A DNA stretch of 64,000 nt from Thermoplasmata archaeon (GTDB lineage Archaea > Thermoplasmatota > DTKX01 > DATEUP01): contig JBGQKI010000008.1 of the NCBI GenBank assembly GCA_041499475.1, forward strand, positions 1,978 through 65,977. The letters run 5' to 3'. Positions 1 to 9,856 of the stretch are shown piece after piece. A model generated the notes under the pieces. It made no database searches. It had not been told where the DNA came from and saw only the letters and a program-made list of their open reading frames with translations. Position 1 is the first letter of the stretch. Every line of letters starts with the position of its first letter. The position numbers and the translations under genes are program-made.

Positions 1-1498
1 TCGACACGTTCTCGAAGACTTGCCGCGCGCCCGATGGCCATTCGATGGTGAGGCGGTCGACCTGCGCGGCGTCACCAAGGCCGAAATGCTGGATGAGCGA
101 ATCCTGCGACAGGTACGACGAGCCCATGTGGACCACGCGCACCTGCGAGCGGCCCTGCGCCTCAAGCGTGAGCCGGGCGCCCACGGCGTCGCGCTGCGAG
201 ACGACCCCCTGGAGCGAAACCTCCAACCAGTGGTTGCTGTTGCCTCCGTTGCGGTAGAGCGACGAGTTGCCGGCGATGTTGGAAACAAAGAGGTCGAGTT
301 GCCCGTCGCGGTTGAAGTCGGCGGCGGCGGAGCCGTGGTTGATCGAGTAGTCCCGCAGGCCGGCGAGCGCCCCCGACTCGTAAAACGTCCCGTCGCCCCG
401 GTTGATGAAGAGCTTGTCCGGGTTGGGGATCTGCCCGGGAATGACGCGGCCGTCGGCGACGAACACATCGAGGAACCCGTCGTTGTTGAAGTCCATGGTC
501 TCGACGCCCCAGCCGACGTCGTTGTCGGTGAGGTTGATGTCCGCGTGGACATCGGTGTAGTTGCCGGCGGCCGGGTCGAAGACGAGCCAGTAGTCGGGCC
601 CGAAGTTCGTGACGAAGATGTCCATGTAGCCGTCGCCGTTGAGGTCGCCGATGGCGGCGCCCATGCCGTCGCCGCGCGGGTCGTCGACGCCCACCTGGGC
701 GCTCACGTCGGTGAAGGTCCAGTTGCCGTCGTTGCGGTACATCGAGTCGGCGCCGAAGTCGTTCGATTCGAAAATGTCGAGGCGGCCGTCGTTGTTGTAG
801 TCGAAGATGAGGGGCTGGAAGGTGTTGGCGGTGAGGTTCTTGAGGCCCACCTGGGCGGTAACCTCCTCGATGCCACGGCCCTGGAGGTTGCGGAAGAGCC
901 CGCTTGGCCGCTTGTAGTACGAGCCGATGTAGAGGTCGCCCCACCCGTCGCCGTCGAGGTCGCCGAAGGCGAGGCCGGCCGACGGGCCCTGGAAGAAGAA
1001 GTTCCAGCTCCTCGTGACATTTTGGAAGGTCCCGTTGCCGTTGTTGATGAAGAGCTCGCAGCGGTCGTACCAATTGGCAAAGACCACGTCGGGGTAGCCG
1101 TCGTTGTTCCAGTCGGGGGTGATTACGCCCATGCCGTAGAGGGAGCCGGCGATCCCGGATTCATTGGTGACATCGGTGAAGGTCTCGTCGCCGTTGTTGC
1201 GGTAGAGTTCGCGCTTGTGGACGCCGGTGATGATGACGTCCAGGAACCCGTCGCCGTTGTAGTCGAACCAGGCCGCCCCTTTTCCGCCGTTGATGAACGC
1301 GGCGATCTCCTCCTTCTTGAGCTGGTCGGGCGAAAGGGAGGTGTCGGGAGCCCCGACGCCGGCGGTGAGCGTGATGTTCGTGAAGATCGGGACGACGCCG
1401 ATTTCAGCGGGCGCGTGGGAGGCGGCCCCGGGCGGGAGCGCGGCGAGGGGCAGGAGAAGGAGGGCGATTGCCCCCAAAGCGGCTGCTCGGTTGCCCAT
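1..1498 (-). CDS. FG-GAP/VCBS repeat + ASPIC/UnbV domain secreted protein (CRTAC1-like), 3'-partial (runs off window start)
   Basis: Translated by hand from the minus strand starting at ATG 1498. N-terminal signal peptide MGNRAAALGAIALLLLPLAALPPGAA. Repeated DxNxDGxxD FG-GAP/VCBS motifs (DYNGDGFLDVII, DLDGDGWGDLYI, DLNGDGYMDIFV, DFNRDGQLDLFV), then UnbV/ASPIC-like C-terminus. Not in the ORF table because no stop codon falls inside the window. Confidence 0.8.
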   Translation of the reverse strand, partial: MGNRAAALGAIALLLLPLAALPPGAASHAPAEIGVVPIFTNITLTAGVGAPDTSLSPDQLKKEEIAAFINGGKGAAWFDYNGDGFLDVIITGVHKRELYRNNGDETFTDVTNESGIAGSLYGMGVITPDWNNDGYPDVVFANWYDRCELFINNGNGTFQNVTRSWNFFFQGPSAGLAFGDLDGDGWGDLYIGSYYKRPSGLFRNLQGRGIEEVTAQVGLKNLTANTFQPLIFDYNNDGRLDIFESNDFGADSMYRNDGNWTFTDVSAQVGVDDPRGDGMGAAIGDLNGDGYMDIFVTNFGPDYWLVFDPAAGNYTDVHADINLTDNDVGWGVETMDFNNDGFLDVFVADGRVIPGQIPNPDKLFINRGDGTFYESGALAGLRDYSINHGSAAADFNRDGQLDLFVSNIAGNSSLYRNGGNSNHWLEVSLQGVVSQRDAVGARLTLEAQGRSQVRVVHMGSSYLSQDSLIQHFGLGDAAQVDRLTIEWPSGARQVFENVS

Positions 1499-1716
1499 GA
1501 TGTGACCCCCCCAGATTGGGTGTGGTGAGCGCCTCTGGCCCCCCGCGTATTTAGGGGTTTGGAGAGGGTCTGGCTTGGCGTGAAGAGATGGCGGATTCGC
1601 GCGGGGGGGGCGCTTGTAGGCCGGGCGCGTTCAGCGAGCCTGCGCTGATTGTCCTCTTTTCTTCGCCGGGCACAAGACCGGGATCAGACGGGTGGATTGG
1701 TGCGCGGAGGGCACCC

Positions 1717-2472
1717 CTAAGGCAGGGGCGCCAGGGTGCCTACCGTGAGCCCGAAGAAGGAAACCTCGATGCGGCCCCCGGTCTGCTCGTCCGGGGCGGC
1801 GGGGTCCACCGAAACGATGAGTTGGTCGCCTGCGGAGAAGGCACCATCGGCATCCGAGTCCATGTAGGCGATGTGGGGGTCGGGGCCCAGGTACTGGTAA
1901 TGCGTGTTGCGGCGGTTGTAAATGGTGAATTGCAACTCATCGAAGGTCGTTGGCGGGAGGTTTTCGACAGAATTCACCGTGATTGTGGTGTTGTTGCCGG
2001 AGTGTGAGGATAGGGAGAGCCCAACGTGCGGGGGTGCGGGGAATGGGATGTGTGCGAGACCAACAATGTTGTGCATCGAATTGTTGAAGGCGTCAACGCG
2101 GCCGCCACCAAGCAGGGGAGCCCGTTCAGGCGGGTCGATGGAGAGGCTAAAGATGTCGCCGCGGTCCACCAAGCCGGTGGAATTCGCGTCATCAAAGGCG
2201 AAGGTGACGCGGGCCCCGAGCACTTCCGGCCCCGTGCCTGTGGTTCCATTGAGGAACATGGTGAGGTTTGCAGAAAGGACCTTGTAAGTCAGGTTGTCCG
2301 GCGCCATCGCGGACCCGTCGCAGATCGCCCGGACGGTGAAGGTAAGGACGCCGGCCGTCCAGTTGGAGACAATGACCTGGATCGGGACGAGGGGCGCGGG
2401 ACCGTCGGGGCAATCATTGTTAGAGGACGGAAAAGGAACGGGGCCGAAGCAGCCCGCCGAGGCAGTGAACAT
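1717..2472 (-). CDS. secreted hypothetical protein, many N-glycosylation sequons; start uncertain
   Basis: The 3' part of ORF 1717..3639 (-) is protein-like (NWT, NLT, NGT, NST, NNT sequons). The R-rich 5' extension of that ORF is an antisense artifact overlapping the methyltransferase gene. A hydrophobic stretch plus cysteine (YAFTAATILMFTASAGC) suggests a signal/lipobox, but no in-frame ATG/GTG/TTG start precedes it. Confidence 0.5.
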   Translation of the reverse strand: MFTASAGCFGPVPFPSSNNDCPDGPAPLVPIQVIVSNWTAGVLTFTVRAICDGSAMAPDNLTYKVLSANLTMFLNGTTGTGPEVLGARVTFAFDDANSTGLVDRGDIFSLSIDPPERAPLLGGGRVDAFNNSMHNIVGLAHIPFPAPPHVGLSLSSHSGNNTTITVNSVENLPPTTFDELQFTIYNRRNTHYQYLGPDPHIAYMDSDADGAFSAGDQLIVSVDPAAPDEQTGGRIEVSFFGLTVGTLAPLP

Positions 2473-2681
2473 CAGTATGGTTGCGGCGGTGAATGCGTAG
2501 AGCCCGTGGCGATGAAAGCGGCGGCGGCTCCTGTTACATGGGAACAGGTCGATGGGATACGAACGTCGCGTCGTGGCCCTATCGACGAGGCCCGGCGGTA
2601 TTTGTCTGTTACGCCGGCGGGTGAGAAAGAGCGAATCAGCGCCGCGCGGGAGTGTACCAATAGATTTTGGTGCCGCGAGGG

Positions 2682-3452
2682 CTACCGGAGCGGCTTCGTT
2701 CCAACGAAGAGTCCCCGGCCGGTGAGGCCGCGCTTGTAGAATCGGACGCCAAGCCCGGCGCGCCGGAAGGCGCGCTCGTACTCCGCTCGCGAAAAGAGCC
2801 CGAGCTCGTGGCGCTCGTGAACCTTGTGGAGGCGACCCCCCTCGGCAATCAGGTAGTCGAACTCCAAGAGCGAGATGCGACCTTGGCGGCTCGTCTTGAA
2901 GGCGCGGGCGACCTTCACGCCGCCCGATTCGCCGACTTGGACGCCGGAGCGCCCCGCCCTGAATGCGGCCGGAGTGATCCAAGGCTCGACAACCACGACG
3001 CCGCCCGGCTTCGTGTGCGCGGCCAAGCGCTCGAGCGCCTGATTGAGGCCCGTCACGGTTCGCGCGTACCCGATCGCGGAAAAGAGGCAAACGACCGCGT
3101 CGAATTGCCGCCCCAAATCGAACCTCCGCATGTCGCCGAGGTGGAACTTGACGCCGCGCAGGCGCTTGCGCGCCACGAGCAGCATCCCCGCGTCGAGGTC
3201 GACGCCCTCGACCTTGTAGCGCTTGCGCAGGTGCCCGAGGTGGGCGCCGGTCCCACAGGCGACATCGAGGAGGGTCGCGCCCTGCGAACGCTTCGCGCGG
3301 CGCACGATCGCGTCGACGGCCTTGGCCTCGGCAGCGTAGTCCTTCCACGAGTACATCGCGTCGTAGTAGGCTTGCGTGTCGCGGAACAAAGGGAGACCCT
3401 CCCGCGCACCCTCGGTGCCGCAAATGAACCTTGCCGCCAAGGCGAGGGCCAT
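2682..3452 (-). CDS. class I SAM-dependent methyltransferase
   Basis: 256-aa ORF with glycine-rich SAM motif I LLDVACGTGAH and a downstream acidic motif (VEGVDLD); typical small Rossmann-fold MTase length. Confidence 0.8.
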   Translation of the reverse strand: MALALAARFICGTEGAREGLPLFRDTQAYYDAMYSWKDYAAEAKAVDAIVRRAKRSQGATLLDVACGTGAHLGHLRKRYKVEGVDLDAGMLLVARKRLRGVKFHLGDMRRFDLGRQFDAVVCLFSAIGYARTVTGLNQALERLAAHTKPGGVVVVEPWITPAAFRAGRSGVQVGESGGVKVARAFKTSRQGRISLLEFDYLIAEGGRLHKVHERHELGLFSRAEYERAFRRAGLGVRFYKRGLTGRGLFVGTKPLR

Positions 3453-3478
3453 TCTCCCCTCGCAGGACAGGCGGAGAC

Positions 3479-6058
3479 TCAGAAGAAATCCTGCAAGTTC
3501 TTGTCCCTTTTGTCGAGGACGGGCTTGGGTCGGCCCGTGGTTCGCGGGGCCGCCTTCGGCTTTGCGTCCGCGGAGGGCGCGTAAGCCTCCTCGTCGTCCT
3601 TTTCGCCCTCTTCCTTAGGTGCTCTCTCGGCAAAGGCATCGTCGAGCCTCGCGGTGCGCGACTTGACCCCTTTCAAGAGATCGTCAACGCCCCACCCGAA
3701 AACTTCGGTGACGCGGGCGAGGGTCTGCGCGACGCGCCGCGCGTAAAAGTCCCAATGGGGCTCGATCTCGGCTTCCGATTCGGGGCCAAGGTACGGTGCA
3801 AGGTCCTGCTTGCCCTTGGAACCGGTCACGATCCAGGACACCTTCATGCCCGGCTGCACCTTGATGCCGCGTTCTTCGAGCTTCCGCATGACCCGGACGT
3901 TCTGGAGACTTTCGGCGTGTTCTGACTCGTAGTCTTTCACGTCGCGGACCGACCTCGAGATGACGAGCGATGCCTTCGGTACTTCGCCCTTTGCGACCTG
4001 CTCGACCCGTTCCTTTGCGACCCGAAGGACGCCGTCGATGTCCTCGGCAAAAAGGCGCTCGAAGACGGCATTGAGGGCCTCGGATTGCCAATCAAAGGCG
4101 TCGGTCCTGCGCACCTCGTAACCGCGGTAGATCACGTCTTCCCTTGGCCAGAGGATCTTGCCCACGTACCGCTTCTTGGCGCCGTGGCTGAAGAACGGGT
4201 TCATCACCTTCTCGAATTCCAGCGACATGCCGCCTTTCGAGTAACGCTCAGCGACCCGCTTGCCAACGGCGATCGCCCCTTCGAGGTTGGGCTCGGGCGA
4301 CTTGAAGAACACGCTGTCCGTGTCGCTGTAGATTACTTCGAGGCCCTCTTTCTCGAGGTCCTCGATCACGCCGTGGATGTTCTGGCGGGCAAACGCGGTG
4401 ATGCTCTCGCCGATCTTGGGGTCGGTGAACCGGTAGAACGCCGATGCCATCACGCCGTAAAACGAGTTCATCAGAATCTTGACCGCTTCTTGGAGGCCGT
4501 TATAGAATTGGGCCTCCTCTTTGTTCGCGGCCGCGCGCACGCGTCTCTTCAGGTCGTCGCGCTGCGCAAGGAGCCCCTTCAGGATCGCGGGCAGCAGGCC
4601 TGGCCGCTCCTGCGGCGAAAGGTAGGAGGCGCCGTTCGGAGCCTTGATCGCGCCCGACCCGTCGCGCACGAGCGTGGTGAAACAGACATTGTTGGCAATC
4701 ATGATCGAGGGGTACATCGACTTGAAGTCAAGCACGCAGACCCAGTTGTTGAGTCCGGGCTTGAGCGCGTGCACGTACCCGCCTTCGATCGGCTTTTCGC
4801 GTGTCTCGCGCCGGCTCATCGGCACGGCGACCTTCGCACGGTCGGCGGCGCGGATGAGGATGGAGTCGATAAGCGTCGAGGTGCGCCCGTTGATCGTCTC
4901 GTCGACGGGCAGCTTGGCCACGGCGGCCAGGTTCTGGAACTTCTCCATGACGCGCAGGTGCTGGTGGATGCGCAGGCAAAGGACCGAATCCCGGATGCAG
5001 TACCGGACGACCTTGTCGGGGTCGTCTTTCCACTCCTCGTCCATCTTGGAGGAATCCACATCCCCCTTGCCCTCGCCAAAAAGTTCCATCGCCACGGCCT
5101 GGAGGGTTTCCTGTTTGGGGTGCAGCTCGCGCTTGACGTTCCACCAGGTGTCGGTGAGGATGCGCCCCGTCGCCCGCAGGAAGCGGTTCATGAACTCGCG
5201 GAGTTCCGAGCCTTCCCTTGAAAGCGTGAAGCCGCTGAGGCCGACGACCTTCGCGCGCTCGATGAGGTGGGGGATGTCGTAGCCCGCGATGTTGTAGCCG
5301 GTAACGACGTCCGGGTCGAGGTCGCGGACGAGTTGGTTGAACTCCTCCAGGATCTGCCTCTCGCCGCCCTGGAACGCGCCTTCGAGGATCTTGCCGTCGC
5401 CGGGGTCGAATGCGTAGCCGATGCAAAAGACGGTGCCGAAGTCGATGGAGTTCTCGATGTCGAAGCAGAGCGTCGAGACGGCGAGCGTGAAGGGCGCGGC
5501 CGGCAAGAGTTCAACGGCCTCGACCTGGGCGAGCGTGTGGTAGCGCTTGTCCGGCTTGCGCACTTTGCCTTTGATGCGGATGCACGCGCCGAGGTCGTGG
5601 TCGAAGATGAAGCGCTGCGTGAAGATGATGTCCGCCGCAAACGCATGGCCGCCCGCCTGCTGCACCTGCGCGCGCACGTCGGGCGTGTCCCCGGGTTTGT
5701 GGAGCGTGACCTTGAGGGCCGGACGATCTTTCAGGTCGTGGTAAAGGGTGGTCTCCTCGACCTTCACGACGCGCCTGTCCTTCGCGAGGTCCTCCTTCAG
5801 CCCGCTTGGCGGTTCGAGGGCGTAGAAGTAGGGCATGAAGCCCTCGTAGAAGGCGATGAAGGAAAGTCCGTCGCGGCGCTTGCAGTAGAGCTCGATGATC
5901 GGGTGGTCTTGGCGCTCGTCCATTTTGTACGAGGCAGCAAGAAGGAGGGCCTCGGCCTCGAAGTCGGATCCGGGCTTTGGAGCGGGAATGCGGTCGTGCG
6001 CGGGGGCCATCGGGCGGGCAGGTGGCTTGCGCGATATAGGGGTTTGGAGCGCCGCCAT
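3479..6058 (-). CDS. polB: DNA polymerase, family B (archaeal PolB)
   Basis: 859 aa. Exo I motif FDIEN(S). Pol motif A DFKSMYPSIM. Motif B KILMNSFYGVMA. Motif C YSDTDS (variant of YGDTDS). KKRYVG motif. Basic, acidic C-terminal tail ending ...NLQDFF. Confidence 0.95.
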   Translation of the reverse strand: MAALQTPISRKPPARPMAPAHDRIPAPKPGSDFEAEALLLAASYKMDERQDHPIIELYCKRRDGLSFIAFYEGFMPYFYALEPPSGLKEDLAKDRRVVKVEETTLYHDLKDRPALKVTLHKPGDTPDVRAQVQQAGGHAFAADIIFTQRFIFDHDLGACIRIKGKVRKPDKRYHTLAQVEAVELLPAAPFTLAVSTLCFDIENSIDFGTVFCIGYAFDPGDGKILEGAFQGGERQILEEFNQLVRDLDPDVVTGYNIAGYDIPHLIERAKVVGLSGFTLSREGSELREFMNRFLRATGRILTDTWWNVKRELHPKQETLQAVAMELFGEGKGDVDSSKMDEEWKDDPDKVVRYCIRDSVLCLRIHQHLRVMEKFQNLAAVAKLPVDETINGRTSTLIDSILIRAADRAKVAVPMSRRETREKPIEGGYVHALKPGLNNWVCVLDFKSMYPSIMIANNVCFTTLVRDGSGAIKAPNGASYLSPQERPGLLPAILKGLLAQRDDLKRRVRAAANKEEAQFYNGLQEAVKILMNSFYGVMASAFYRFTDPKIGESITAFARQNIHGVIEDLEKEGLEVIYSDTDSVFFKSPEPNLEGAIAVGKRVAERYSKGGMSLEFEKVMNPFFSHGAKKRYVGKILWPREDVIYRGYEVRRTDAFDWQSEALNAVFERLFAEDIDGVLRVAKERVEQVAKGEVPKASLVISRSVRDVKDYESEHAESLQNVRVMRKLEERGIKVQPGMKVSWIVTGSKGKQDLAPYLGPESEAEIEPHWDFYARRVAQTLARVTEVFGWGVDDLLKGVKSRTARLDDAFAERAPKEEGEKDDEEAYAPSADAKPKAAPRTTGRPKPVLDKRDKNLQDFF

Positions 6059-6094
6059 GGAGGAGGGTACGAGGGGCTGGCCGGCGCCGCGGGC

Positions 6095-6481
6095 TCACTT
6101 CGCCCTGAGCCGGCGGATGAACTCTGCAGCCTCGTCCTGCGCCACGCGCATCCCCTGCTCGGTGGGGCACTTTCCCTGATAGAAGCAGTCCCCGTGCAGG
6201 GCTTCCGCGAAATACGCAAGCTGCTTGGCGAGGGCTCGGTCCATCAGCTCCAGGAACTCGCGCCGAAGCGTGTGCGCGTCGCGGCCCACGGCAGGGGCGC
6301 GCCCGTGCCGTACCATCGCGTGGTCGACGGCCTCGTTGACCGCGAGCCACGTTTTCTCCGCCGCGTCCCGGATGAGGGTCTCGTCACGCTTAGCGTAACC
6401 CCGGCGGGCCTCGTCGCGGGCGAACTCGAGGTGGTTCTCCGCAAGTCGCAGAAGGCTTTGGGGGCGGCGCGCCGCGTTCAT
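6095..6481 (-). CDS. small helical protein, PaREP1-like (possibly HEPN-related)
   Basis: Protein-like 3' portion of ORF 6095..6772, starting at internal Met (MNAARRPQSLL...). Motif LAYFAEALHGDCFYQG resembles the PaREP1 family LH..FYEG signature. The upstream part of the ORF is R/G-rich and looks non-coding. Confidence 0.4.
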   Translation of the reverse strand: MNAARRPQSLLRLAENHLEFARDEARRGYAKRDETLIRDAAEKTWLAVNEAVDHAMVRHGRAPAVGRDAHTLRREFLELMDRALAKQLAYFAEALHGDCFYQGKCPTEQGMRVAQDEAAEFIRRLRAK

Positions 6482-6514
6482 CGAGTGCCCGTCGGGAACG
6501 TGGGCAATTAAGGC

Positions 6515-7729
6515 TTGCGTGATGATAATGCGCCTTCCTTCAAGGCGCAAGGTAGTCCGGGGGATCGACGGGCCTGGATGGGAGACGTTGAACCCGCTAA
6601 GCCTTTGTCTCTCCCCGCCACCGCCAGCCTCATCCGCGTTCTGGCCTTTGTCGCGCCCGTGCCCCCCTCCAAGTCCCAAAAGGGCGCGGTCTTCGAGTGG
6701 GGCATCTCGAACCTGACGCTGTTCCTCTCGGGCGGCGACCTGCGCGTTATCCGGCCGCTCCCGGACGACCAAGATGTGGACCGGATTCTGACGCGCCTCA
6801 AAGGCCGGCGCGCATTGTTTCTACAGCTGAAAACGCGAGCCTCGATGCGGCGCCGCGACACCCTCGAGCTCTCCTTCCCGCCCATGGCCGACGCCGCGTC
6901 GCGAAAGGACCTCTACCTACTTTCAGCGGAGCTCATCCCGCGATCGCCTTGGGTTGGCTCCCGCTTCGCGTTCATCCCCGCCGCGGCGCTGCCGCGGCCG
7001 AGTCCGAGGGGCGATACGAAGCTCTTCATCCCGCTTTCGCCGGGCTCGAAGAGCAAGTGGGCGCCCTTTGTCCATGACACGGCAGAATTGGCGACGGTTC
7101 TCTCCAAAGTCCTCGACAAGGGCCCCGAGTATCCCTTCCCGCCGCCGGGCGGGCCCTCGGCGCTCGTCCGCAAGCTCTCGAACCGCGCGCAGGGGCACCT
7201 CATCGAGACGGAAATTGCGGGCCACCTCACTTGGTTCTCCGAGGGCCGCCTCCATGTGTGGTCGCCGCTCGTCGACGACTTCGGGGAGGACTTCGTGGTG
7301 GAGGACAGGGACCGTGAAGCAGTCGTCCGCATTCAGCCGAAGGGGACGGTCGGGCTCGACCGCGGGGGAGTCATCCACCTGCGAGTGCATGAGTCGACCT
7401 TTCGTCCGCGCGACTTTGATTTCCTCGTGTTCGCGAACTTCGATCCGGCGGCGGTGGCGATGACGCCCTGGGCTTTTGTGGTGAGGGCGGACGAGTTCGC
7501 GAAGCACGCTCGCTCGTACGAGGGCTACCTGCACTTCGTTGGGCGGCCGAGCCCGGCCTACAAAGGCGTGTGGAAACCATGGCTGTACCGAATCGAGGAG
7601 GTCGCTGGCGTGATCGAGACCGCGCTTGCCGTGCGCAGGGCGCGTGGGCCGGGGGCCAAGCTGCCGGCGAGCCGCGTAGAGGTCAGTACGGCGCGAGTGG
7701 AGATGACGCGCGCCCGCAGGGGCGGCTGA
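6515..7729 (+). CDS. hypothetical protein (404 aa), possible nuclease-like fold
   Basis: Long ORF with protein-like composition, divergent from the 6095..6481 gene. No recognisable family. Possible PD-(D/E)xK-like stretch VDDFGEDFVVEDRDREAVVRIQPK. Start could be the internal Met at 6578. Confidence 0.5.
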   Translation: MRDDNAPSFKAQGSPGDRRAWMGDVEPAKPLSLPATASLIRVLAFVAPVPPSKSQKGAVFEWGISNLTLFLSGGDLRVIRPLPDDQDVDRILTRLKGRRALFLQLKTRASMRRRDTLELSFPPMADAASRKDLYLLSAELIPRSPWVGSRFAFIPAAALPRPSPRGDTKLFIPLSPGSKSKWAPFVHDTAELATVLSKVLDKGPEYPFPPPGGPSALVRKLSNRAQGHLIETEIAGHLTWFSEGRLHVWSPLVDDFGEDFVVEDRDREAVVRIQPKGTVGLDRGGVIHLRVHESTFRPRDFDFLVFANFDPAAVAMTPWAFVVRADEFAKHARSYEGYLHFVGRPSPAYKGVWKPWLYRIEEVAGVIETALAVRRARGPGAKLPASRVEVSTARVEMTRARRGG

Positions 7730-7863
7730 GCACCTGAAGGTCGGTTGTCGGGTCCTCCCTTTGACGCCGCGCACGAACTCTTATGCTATCGAAGCACGGA
7801 CCCGGTTTCGCGCGCTGCACAGACGCTCGCGCGCATGTTGCGCGGACGAGGCGTGGGATCGCC

Positions 7864-9510
7864 TCATGACCGCCACCGCCGCTCGCGCTTCTCCGGAGGC
7901 GCGCTTTCAAGGGTGAGGTGCGTGGTCTTGGGCCCGGTCCCTTCGGCAAGCAGTTCTCTTACGCGCGCTTCGAGGGCCTGGTCCTCCTTGGTGACGCGAT
8001 CATGCTGCCTTACGTGCTCGGCCCACGTTTCGACGAGGAAAGACTCAACGAACCGCGTGGGGCGCGCCGTGTCGCGCGCAAGCTCCCATCTCGCCGCGCC
8101 GTCGCGCAGCCGCTGCCGGCGGATCGGCTCCATCGCCTCTGTGAACGAATCGGCAAGCTGGGGCGCGACCTCGTATTCGACCATGACAACCGTCGGGGCT
8201 CCCGCGGGCGGTTCCTCGAGCACGATGGGCTCCGCCCAGTGCCTTGCGGGCTCGAGGTCGAGGCCCTCGGCAAGCTGGAGCCGGAAGCGCACGGCCGAGA
8301 GCGTGCCCAGGGCGATCGCGGCGCCCGCGGCCAGCAGCGCTGTGGGGATACCCCAGACGCTTGCGACGGTCCCCCAGATTACGCTACCGAGAGCAAGTGA
8401 ACCCTGGAGGCTCAGCCAAAACACGGAAAGCGAGCGCCCCCGCACCCAAGCGGGCGCGGCCAACTGCGCCGCAACGGCGTGACGCGTGACGACGACGAGC
8501 CACACCGTCCCCATTCCGAAGAGAGCCGCGCAGGCGACGGGGAAGCTCGATGTGAGCCCGAGCACGACAAACCCGAGCGCAAAGAAGAGCGCGGCGCCCA
8601 CGGCGAGGCGGTCGGCCGAGTAATTGCCCTGCAGGCGCGACAGCACCACGGCCCCGGTCACGGCGCCGCCTCCAAGGCTTGCAAGCAGCGCGCCGTAACC
8701 GAGCGCGTCGAGGCCAAGCTCACGTCGGGCAACCAGCGGGATGAGTGCGAAGAGCGCGCTGCCGCCGATCATGAAACAGGCCGTCCGGACGAGCACCGCG
8801 CGCATGGCCGGCGAGTGGCGCGAATAGCGAAGGCCTGTCCGCATCGCGCCCCACACGCGCTCGGCGGAGCGCGTGGCGCGGACGGGGGGCTTGCGCCACC
8901 GGAGGAGCACGACGACGACGGCGAAGAAGGTCGCACAGTTCAGCGCAAAGGCGAATGCGGGCCCGCCGAAGGCAACGAGCAGGCCGCCAATGGCGGGGCC
9001 GACGACCCGGCCGAGGTTGAACGAGATGCTGTTGAGCGCGATCGCCCCCGGGAGGTCGCTGCGGGGCACAAGGTCGGGGAGGAGCGATTGCCACGCGCTC
9101 ACGCCGAGCGAGGTGCCAAGCCCGAGGAGGAAAATGAGGCCGAGCAGGAGCCCGGGGGTCATGAGACCAAAGCCCGCGGTGACCGCGAGCAGGCCCGAGG
9201 CGACGATCATGATCGACTGCGAGACGAGCAGCAGGCGCCTGCGGTCGACGATGTCGGCAAGCGCGCCCCCGGGGAGCGCGAGGGTGAAGAGCGCGAGGGT
9301 CGAGGAAGTCTCCACGAGCGCGATGAGGAGCGGCGAGGCCGTCATCGACGTCATCTGCCAGCCTTCGCCGACGTCCTCGACCCATGTCCCGATGTTGGTG
9401 ACGAGCTGGGCGAGCCACAGCGCGCGGAAGACGGAGTTCTGCAGCGGGGAGAGCGCCGTGGCGGGGCGCGGGGGATCAGACATGGATTGTCCCCCGGCCC
9501 ATGATAGCAC
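7864..9510 (-). CDS. MFS transporter with C-terminal cytoplasmic extension
   Basis: 548 aa, ~12 predicted TM helices. MFS signature-like GRVVGPAIGGLLVAFGGP and DIVDRRRLLLVSQS. Alternative start MSDPPRP. Confidence 0.85.
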   Translation of the reverse strand: MLSWAGGQSMSDPPRPATALSPLQNSVFRALWLAQLVTNIGTWVEDVGEGWQMTSMTASPLLIALVETSSTLALFTLALPGGALADIVDRRRLLLVSQSIMIVASGLLAVTAGFGLMTPGLLLGLIFLLGLGTSLGVSAWQSLLPDLVPRSDLPGAIALNSISFNLGRVVGPAIGGLLVAFGGPAFAFALNCATFFAVVVVLLRWRKPPVRATRSAERVWGAMRTGLRYSRHSPAMRAVLVRTACFMIGGSALFALIPLVARRELGLDALGYGALLASLGGGAVTGAVVLSRLQGNYSADRLAVGAALFFALGFVVLGLTSSFPVACAALFGMGTVWLVVVTRHAVAAQLAAPAWVRGRSLSVFWLSLQGSLALGSVIWGTVASVWGIPTALLAAGAAIALGTLSAVRFRLQLAEGLDLEPARHWAEPIVLEEPPAGAPTVVMVEYEVAPQLADSFTEAMEPIRRQRLRDGAARWELARDTARPTRFVESFLVETWAEHVRQHDRVTKEDQALEARVRELLAEGTGPKTTHLTLESAPPEKRERRWRS

Positions 9511-9856
9511 CGCTCAATTAAACGGAGGTGGCCGGCGATTGGGCTCGGGCCGCGGCGGCCTCCTCGATCTGAACCGATGGCCGCGACCAGCGTTTTCGAT
9601 TGGGGAACCCATTATAGGCCCCTTGGGTGGTGATCTGGCGTTCTTCTGTAGGGAGGTTTTTTGAAATGTATGGTTTCTCGAAGGCCTTCGGAGCAATTGG
9701 AAGCGGCAATGGCGGTCGGTCGAACGGATTGTTCCGGTCAGCCGCGGCGATAGGAATCCTCGGTGCGCTTTTGACCGGTGCGCTTCCGGTTCAGGCCGCG
9801 GTCAAAGCGGCTGGGGCGTCGCCGAGCTCATCGAACACCAGGACCTCGGCAATGCG

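Noticed and set aside
20-1528. 502-aa plus-strand ORF at the window start
   Set aside because: It is antisense to the well-supported FG-GAP/UnbV gene (minus strand, clear signal peptide and repeats). The translation is V/A/G/R/D-rich with no motifs, typical of stop-codon-poor antisense frames in 70% GC DNA.
3479-3500. C-terminal …NLQDFF of PolB as a bona fide PIP box
   Set aside because: It does not fit the canonical Qxx(L/I/M)xx(F/Y)(F/Y) spacing, so it is only noted as a degenerate possibility within a finding rather than a feature.
1717-3639. 640-aa ORF spanning the methyltransferase gene
   Set aside because: Only the 3' third is protein-like. The 5' two-thirds are Arg/Pro/Gly-rich and overlap the bona fide SAM-MTase gene in another frame, so they were trimmed to 1717..2472.
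4085-5282. Plus-strand ORFs (378 aa, 212 aa) inside polB
   Set aside because: Antisense or alternative-frame artifacts within a strongly supported PolB CDS.
8479-9504. 341-aa plus-strand ORF rich in R/E/G/D opposite the MFS transporter
   Set aside because: Low-complexity antisense ORF; the MFS gene on the minus strand has a coherent TM topology.
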